In this document: positions 27,652 to 32,000 of the stretch, piece by piece
Layout of the letters: each line of letters starts with the position of its first letter
Numbering within the stretch: the first letter of the stretch is position 1
Source of the DNA: Nostoc sp. PCC 7120 = FACHB-418
GTDB taxonomy: Bacteria > Cyanobacteriota > Cyanobacteriia > Cyanobacteriales > Nostocaceae
Assembly: GCF_000009705.1 (NCBI RefSeq)
Contig: NC_003272.1
Location: forward strand, 5,700,001 to 5,732,000
Length of the DNA: 32,000 nucleotides
Reading direction: 5' to 3'
The notes under the pieces: model-generated
Database searches by the model: none
The model's input: the letters and a program-made list of their open reading frames with translations, nothing else
Told to the model about the DNA's origin: nothing
Made by a program: the position numbers and the translations under genes

Positions 27652-27985
27652 TGGGGGTGGAGGGACTTGAACCCACACGACCGTTTAAGGTCAACGGATT
27701 TTCATTCTCCCGCAGCTTTCGCTACTGCCTATTGGCTTTGAGAATTGGACTCTCTCTTTACCCTCGTCTTGACGTTAGGGTAGCTCCCGTCGAGTCTCTG
27801 CACCTTCCGATTAGCTGTAAGTTATCTGTTGTTAACTTACTAATTACTACTTCGGCTTGGCTCAGGATTGCCTTGTCTATAGCTAGATTTAGGTTTCCCT
27901 GAGTTTGAGAGCATCCACTTAAAGAATTTCTTCTCTAAGGCTCAATTATTTAAGTCCGTAGCGTCTACCATTCCGCCACACCCCC
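27652..27985 (-). tRNA. trnL-UAA: tRNA-Leu(UAA), gene interrupted by a group I intron. Exons 27985-27952 and 27702-27652
   Basis: The joined exons give an 85-nt tRNA. It has a 7-bp acceptor stem GGGGGTG/CACCCCC, anticodon arm ACGGA-CTTAAAA-TCCGT, a long variable arm (GACC...GGTC) and T-loop GGTTCAAGTCC. CCA is not encoded. Confidence 0.93.
27703..27951 (-). ncRNA. group I self-splicing intron (249 nt) in the anticodon loop of tRNA-Leu(UAA)
   Basis: It is inserted between anticodon positions 34 and 35 and ends in G (...GGGAGAATG). The core sequence matches my recollection of the Anabaena pre-tRNA-Leu ribozyme. It has no internal ORF. Confidence 0.9.
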
Positions 27986-28363
27986 CCATTGTGCTGGGAG
28001 CTTGTTATATTTTGGAGGCAGCAAATACCCCCTCATATATTCCACCATTAAATGCGTATTTTGTCCAACTAGATTGAAAAATTTTTATCTCCCCTGGGAA
28101 ATTAGCTGTAGCTAGCTGAGAGTTGCATTTGCTTCCTCGCATTTAACTAGACTTAGCATCTTCAATCTTGCCCGACAAGAACACTACTTCTTTACTGGCT
28201 TTGCCATTGTAGCATTATCTTATAATTTTGATCAGCAAGAATCAGGAATTTTTGCTGGACTCATTTAAAAGCCCAATATTTATGGTGTCTCCAGGCTTTC
28301 AGTTCAGCCTATGATGGAAAATAGATGCACCAATTGATCTGATCCACTCAAAGACAAGGATTT

Positions 28364-28576
28364 ATGATTGTACCCCTGCTATATCTGGCTTTAGCCGGAG
28401 CTTATTTATTAGTTGTCCCCGTCGCTTTACTGTTTTACTTAAAGCTGCGCTGGTATGTGGTTAGCTCTATTGAGCGCACCTTTATGTATTTTCTGGTGTT
28501 TTTGTTCTTTCCAGGGTTATTGGTTTTATCCCCATTTGTAAACCTGCGCCCCCGTCCACGAAAAATCGAAGTTTAA
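28364..28576 (+). CDS. ndhL: NAD(P)H-quinone oxidoreductase (NDH-1) subunit L
   Basis: 70 aa with two TM helices. The sequence ([13 protein letters not shown]....[29 protein letters not shown]) matches cyanobacterial NdhL as I remember it. AAGGA Shine-Dalgarno sequence upstream. Confidence 0.8.
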
Positions 28577-28601
28577 TCAAGATTGGTAGGTCATAAATCT
28601 C

Positions 28602-28919
28602 ATGCGACGTATTGACGCTATTGGAATTGGCATTGGCATTTTCATTGTCGGTGGTTTGGCATATCTAGGATTCCAGCTATTCGGCTTAGATGGTCAACAA
28701 GCTGGTATTTGGAGCCAAGTTTTACTAGTCATTGGTTTGATTGGCTGGTTAGCCACCTATGTCTTGCGTGCGGTGGGAAAAAATTTGACCTACCATCAAC
28801 AACGGGAAGACTATGAAGAAGCTTTCTTCCAAAAACGGCTAGACGAATTAACTCCTGAAGAATTAGCCAAGATTCAAGCTGAGATTGAACAAGAGAAACA
28901 AACTCAGATTAATTCGTAA
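28602..28919 (+). CDS. small membrane protein (DUF3007-like) usually found next to ndhL
   Basis: 105 aa with two N-terminal TM segments and a charged C-terminal helix. The ndhL - this gene - trpA order is common in cyanobacteria (from memory). Confidence 0.7.
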   Translation: MRRIDAIGIGIGIFIVGGLAYLGFQLFGLDGQQAGIWSQVLLVIGLIGWLATYVLRAVGKNLTYHQQREDYEEAFFQKRLDELTPEELAKIQAEIEQEKQTQINS

Positions 28920-28954
28920 TAGCCTGCGGCTAGGCTAACGCCAACGTAATTCGT

Positions 28955-29089
28955 ATAGAACTTACCCATGAAAGCGAAAAATCAAGGGTTTTGACAAGGG
29001 TGTAGAAAAGGATACAGGGGTGTAGATGTTTAAAACCCTTACCCCCTTACACCCAGTCTCAACAGAAAACCTGGGTGGGTAAGTCCTAT
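28955..29089. mobile_element. MITE-like palindromic element, copy 2 (diverged)
   Basis: Arms ATAGAACTTACCCA / TGGGTAAGTCCTAT (one mismatch). Internal blocks shared with copy 1: ATCAAGGGTTT, GACAAGGGTGTAG, AAACCCTTAC, CTTACACCC, GTCTCAACAGA. Confidence 0.5.
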
Positions 29090-29135
29090 TCGTGGTGGAG
29101 CGTAAGTCTTACAGTGGTCAGTTGTTTGTTACTAT

Positions 29136-29177
29136 TGACTACTGACCACTGACTACTGATCACTGACTAATGACCGC
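29136..29177. repeat. phased heptamer array TGACTAC-type, 6 units, containing the trpA start codon
   Basis: TGACTAC, TGACCAC, TGACTAC, TGATCAC, TGACTAA, TGACCGC. The ATG at 29170 spans units 5 and 6. Confidence 0.85.
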
Positions 29178-29970
29178 CATTTCCGATCGCTTTGAAACCC
29201 TCAAACAGAATCAAGAGTGCGCTCTAATTCCGTTTATTACTGCTGGTGATCCTGATTTAGAAACTACAGCCGCAGCCTTAAAGATTTTAGATAGCAATGG
29301 TGCTGATTTTATCGAATTGGGTATCCCTTATTCAGATCCTTTGGCAGATGGACCAGTAATTCAAGCAGCCGCTACCCGCGCTTTACAAAATGGTACAAAG
29401 CTGGAAAGGGTACTGGAGATGTTAAAAGCTACTATTCCCAGTTTAAGAGCGCCAATTATTTTATTTACCTACTACAATCCCATTTTGCATCGGGGAATTG
29501 ACAAGTTTCTGGAACAAATCGCGGCGGTTGGTGTAGCCGGTTTAGTAGTGCCTGATTTACCGCTAGAAGAGGCCGCAGGACTACTTAAACCGGCTACTGA
29601 ACGGGGGATTGATTTAATTCTATTGATTGCCCCTACAAGTTCATCTGAGCGAATAGAAGCGATCGCTCATTCTTCTCAAGGGTTCATCTATTTGGTCAGT
29701 GTCACAGGTGTTACAGGGGTGCGATCGCAAGTAGAAGTCCGTGTATCTGATTTATTACGACAAATTCGTCAGGTCACAGACAAGCCCATTGCTGTAGGTT
29801 TCGGCATTTCTCAACCAGAACAAGCCACCCAGGTGAAAGAGTGGGGAGCCGATGGGGCAATTGTCGGGAGCGCCTTTGTCCAACGTTTAAGCGCAGGAAC
29901 ACCAGCAGAAGGACTCAGTGCGATCGCGGAATTTTGTCAAAGTCTGAAGGCAGCCATCAAAACATCTTGA
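29170..29970 (+). CDS. trpA: tryptophan synthase alpha chain
   Basis: 266 aa. PFITAGDP and [17 protein letters not shown] signatures. Confidence 0.95.
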   Translation: MTAISDRFETLKQNQECALIPFITAGDPDLETTAAALKILDSNGADFIELGIPYSDPLADGPVIQAAATRALQNGTKLERVLEMLKATIPSLRAPIILFTYYNPILHRGIDKFLEQIAAVGVAGLVVPDLPLEEAAGLLKPATERGIDLILLIAPTSSSERIEAIAHSSQGFIYLVSVTGVTGVRSQVEVRVSDLLRQIRQVTDKPIAVGFGISQPEQATQVKEWGADGAIVGSAFVQRLSAGTPAEGLSAIAEFCQSLKAAIKTS

Positions 29971-30213
29971 TGATTACGATAAAGTAGATTACAAAAGTAT
30001 AACAGTGTAGTTTTTTTACACCTATTTTGTGGACAATTTAACATTCATGGTCTTGAATATTATCATCAGAATATTCATCTGTAAAAAAACTAGCTGAAAC
30101 AGCAGCTTAATATTTTGGGTATTATGTGAATTAAGTAGGCTAAAAGATTATGAGTGTGAGAGTAGGTCAGTCAAACGTTATGGAATTTACATCGCAGATG
30201 AGGGGTGAAGGCG

Positions 30214-30861
30214 ATGAGTGAAAGTATGGCATTTATCGGCGGTGTCGCCGTAGCTGGACTGGCGGCTCTCTTGATGCTCAGGGGAACAGGTAATTCCCTA
30301 CAGCCTAACTTTGGAGTGGCTTCACAAATGCCAGCTAACTTAGTAGCGCCCCAGGTGATGCCGCCGCAATACCCACCTTATGGGCAAGCACCATATTCTA
30401 ACCCACAACCAGCCGCACCAAATCCTGTGCAAACTGTGGAATTAGAACGATTAAAAATGGATTTTGAACGCTTAAAGAGTGACAATGAACAACTAAGAGC
30501 GCAAAACCAACAACTCCAGTTCCAATTCCAAAATTGGAACAATAGCCAACAGATGCAGTTAGCTCAACAAAATACTCAAAGAGTAGCATCTGCCGCGTTA
30601 CAACCCCAAAGCTCTTGGTGGAATTCACCTATGGTCTGGGCTGTTGGTGGAGCAACTTTGACAATTGGCGGTGGTATTGTTGTCGCTGGCGTACTATCTT
30701 TATTCTCACCACGTTCACGCCCCACCCGTACAGTACAAGTTATTCACCCATACCAAGGCCCCACACCACCATTGGTTCCTGTACGTAGGGCTGAATTCCT
30801 GCCCTCAGCCGGGATGGAAGCAAGACGGGTTGAAGCTCATGAGTATGACGAAATGAGATAA
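30214..30861 (+). CDS. hypothetical membrane protein with a Pro-rich linker, a coiled-coil segment and a second TM helix
   Basis: ATG 30214 has GAGG about 10 nt upstream. The ORF track starts at GTG 30205. Layout: TM (FIGGVAVAGLAALLML), P/Q-rich region, LERLKMDFERLKSDNEQLRAQNQQLQ, then TM (VWAVGGATLTIGGGIVVAGVL). Confidence 0.6.
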   Translation: MSESMAFIGGVAVAGLAALLMLRGTGNSLQPNFGVASQMPANLVAPQVMPPQYPPYGQAPYSNPQPAAPNPVQTVELERLKMDFERLKSDNEQLRAQNQQLQFQFQNWNNSQQMQLAQQNTQRVASAALQPQSSWWNSPMVWAVGGATLTIGGGIVVAGVLSLFSPRSRPTRTVQVIHPYQGPTPPLVPVRRAEFLPSAGMEARRVEAHEYDEMR

Positions 30862-30917
30862 GAAGGCAGGGGGCAGGAGGTATAATTATTTATCTCTACC
30901 TACTCCCTACTCCTTAA

Positions 30918-32000
30918 TTAATAACCACCTTGAGGAGGTTCTTCAGAACTGGGTGTTTCATTGATAGATTCTTCCTCATAATTACGTGATTCTTCCATAT
31001 CATTATTTGGCTCCCCTGGATTTTCTGTCTTGGGGAGTGCTTGTTTGGCTACATTTTCGGTGGCTTGTTTAAATACAGGTTCTAACTTATCTTGCCAATA
31101 TTTAATATTCGGTAATTTTTCTGGCTGATTTTTGTATTCTAAAACTTTATCCCATTGACCGTTTTCTAGGGCTTTGTTGATGTCATTAAACAGGGCATCA
31201 GCTTTTTGCCAATCTTGCTGCCACTGATTAATCATGGCACTGGTTTCTTTAATACCGGCAGAAGCATTTGCCGGGATTGATCTTAGCATGGCGATCGCTC
31301 CGACTAAATCCCCTGATTCGTACTTCTTCCTGGCTTGTGCCACAACTTTAGTGGTGTCTTCTTTAGGTTGTGCTGCTTCCGTTGGCTGAGAGTTTGGGGA
31401 AGCTTCTGGTTCTGGTGCTGAATTAATAAAAGAGTCTAATTTCGGTTGGGGTTTAGGTACTGGTCTAGCAGCAATCAGAGTACTATCATCAACCGTTTTC
31501 AAGGCAATACCTTTATCCCGTAGGCAAGAAGTCCACTGTTGATCATTAATAATCACATCCGAATGCGCCCAAGCCAAACGACTAGAGTTAAATTTTATTT
31601 CTACCCAACCTCGTTTTGTCCGTTTACCTGTGACCTCAAAGTTAGTATTAACACCAATGGTTTGTAAAACCGTATCGGTATTAATCGAACTAGGTTCAGA
31701 ACGGATATTAGAATTACCAGCTACTACAGCCAAGCATTTATTTCCTGATGTAGCGTTATTACTCAAAACATTAGCAGCAAAATTTTTCACATTGGGATAA
31801 AAGTTAGCTACTAAGGCAGCCGCGCCACCCGCCAATACAATCCCAATTAATAGAGGTAATGGGTCAGAGTTGTGAGAGTCTTTACGTCCAGGTTTGGTAA
31901 CAACTGGGTTTGTTGGCGCAACGGCTACAGTTTGCTGGCGAGAGACAGGGGATGATGGATTAGCTGATTGATAGTAGGAGTTCTTGAGAGACTTTGCTGA
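30918..32000 (-). CDS. membrane-anchored SH3b-domain protein, partial (5' end beyond the window)
   Basis: The frame stays open from 31835 to the window edge (...PLPLLIGIVLAGGAAALVA is a TM helix). There is an SH3b-like segment (NIRSEPS...FEVTGK...GWVEIKF) and a C-terminal acidic tail. Confidence 0.65.
   Translation of the reverse strand, partial: SAKSLKNSYYQSANPSSPVSRQQTVAVAPTNPVVTKPGRKDSHNSDPLPLLIGIVLAGGAAALVANFYPNVKNFAANVLSNNATSGNKCLAVVAGNSNIRSEPSSINTDTVLQTIGVNTNFEVTGKRTKRGWVEIKFNSSRLAWAHSDVIINDQQWTSCLRDKGIALKTVDDSTLIAARPVPKPQPKLDSFINSAPEPEASPNSQPTEAAQPKEDTTKVVAQARKKYESGDLVGAIAMLRSIPANASAGIKETSAMINQWQQDWQKADALFNDINKALENGQWDKVLEYKNQPEKLPNIKYWQDKLEPVFKQATENVAKQALPKTENPGEPNNDMEESRNYEEESINETPSSEEPPQGGY

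Noticed and set aside
27603-27902. 99-aa plus-strand ORF.
   Set aside because: It lies antisense to tRNA-Leu exon 2 and the group I intron. The open frame is a by-product of the structured RNA.

Overview
The window looks like chromosomal DNA from a filamentous, heterocyst-forming cyanobacterium (Nostoc/Anabaena type). Three things support this. The HIP1 octamer GCGATCGC occurs at least 26 times by eye. Phased 7-nt tandem repeat arrays (STRR-like) fill many intergenic gaps. A tRNA-Leu(UAA) gene carries the classic 249-nt group I intron. Most genes are core housekeeping: purA (partial), rplY, recG, tsf, rpsB, argG, rpsF, glyA, cinA, ndhL, trpA, a wecA/mraY-like transferase, Tic20-like and DedA proteins, and an FAH-family hydrolase. 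The clearest accessory stretch is about 11.6-16.8 kb. It holds a Tat-signal PhoX phosphatase with a candidate Pho-box array, an AT-rich orphan P-loop kinase, and two tandem paralogous PEP-CTERM secreted proteins that share a duplicated leader. I did not recognise any multi-gene defence, CRISPR, toxin-antitoxin, retron or transposase-bearing system. The best leads for undescribed biology are four. (1) A MITE-like palindromic element present twice, each copy just 3' of a small membrane-protein gene, with compensatory changes in its terminal arms. (2) A 626-bp gene-free gap between two convergent genes that contains strong hairpins and direct repeats, a candidate sRNA locus. (3) The PEP-CTERM tandem pair, one copy with a homopolymer-dependent C-terminal extension. 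(4) Heptamer arrays that supply start or stop codon contexts of real genes. All functional calls rest on motifs I recognise in the translated ORFs. No database search was run.
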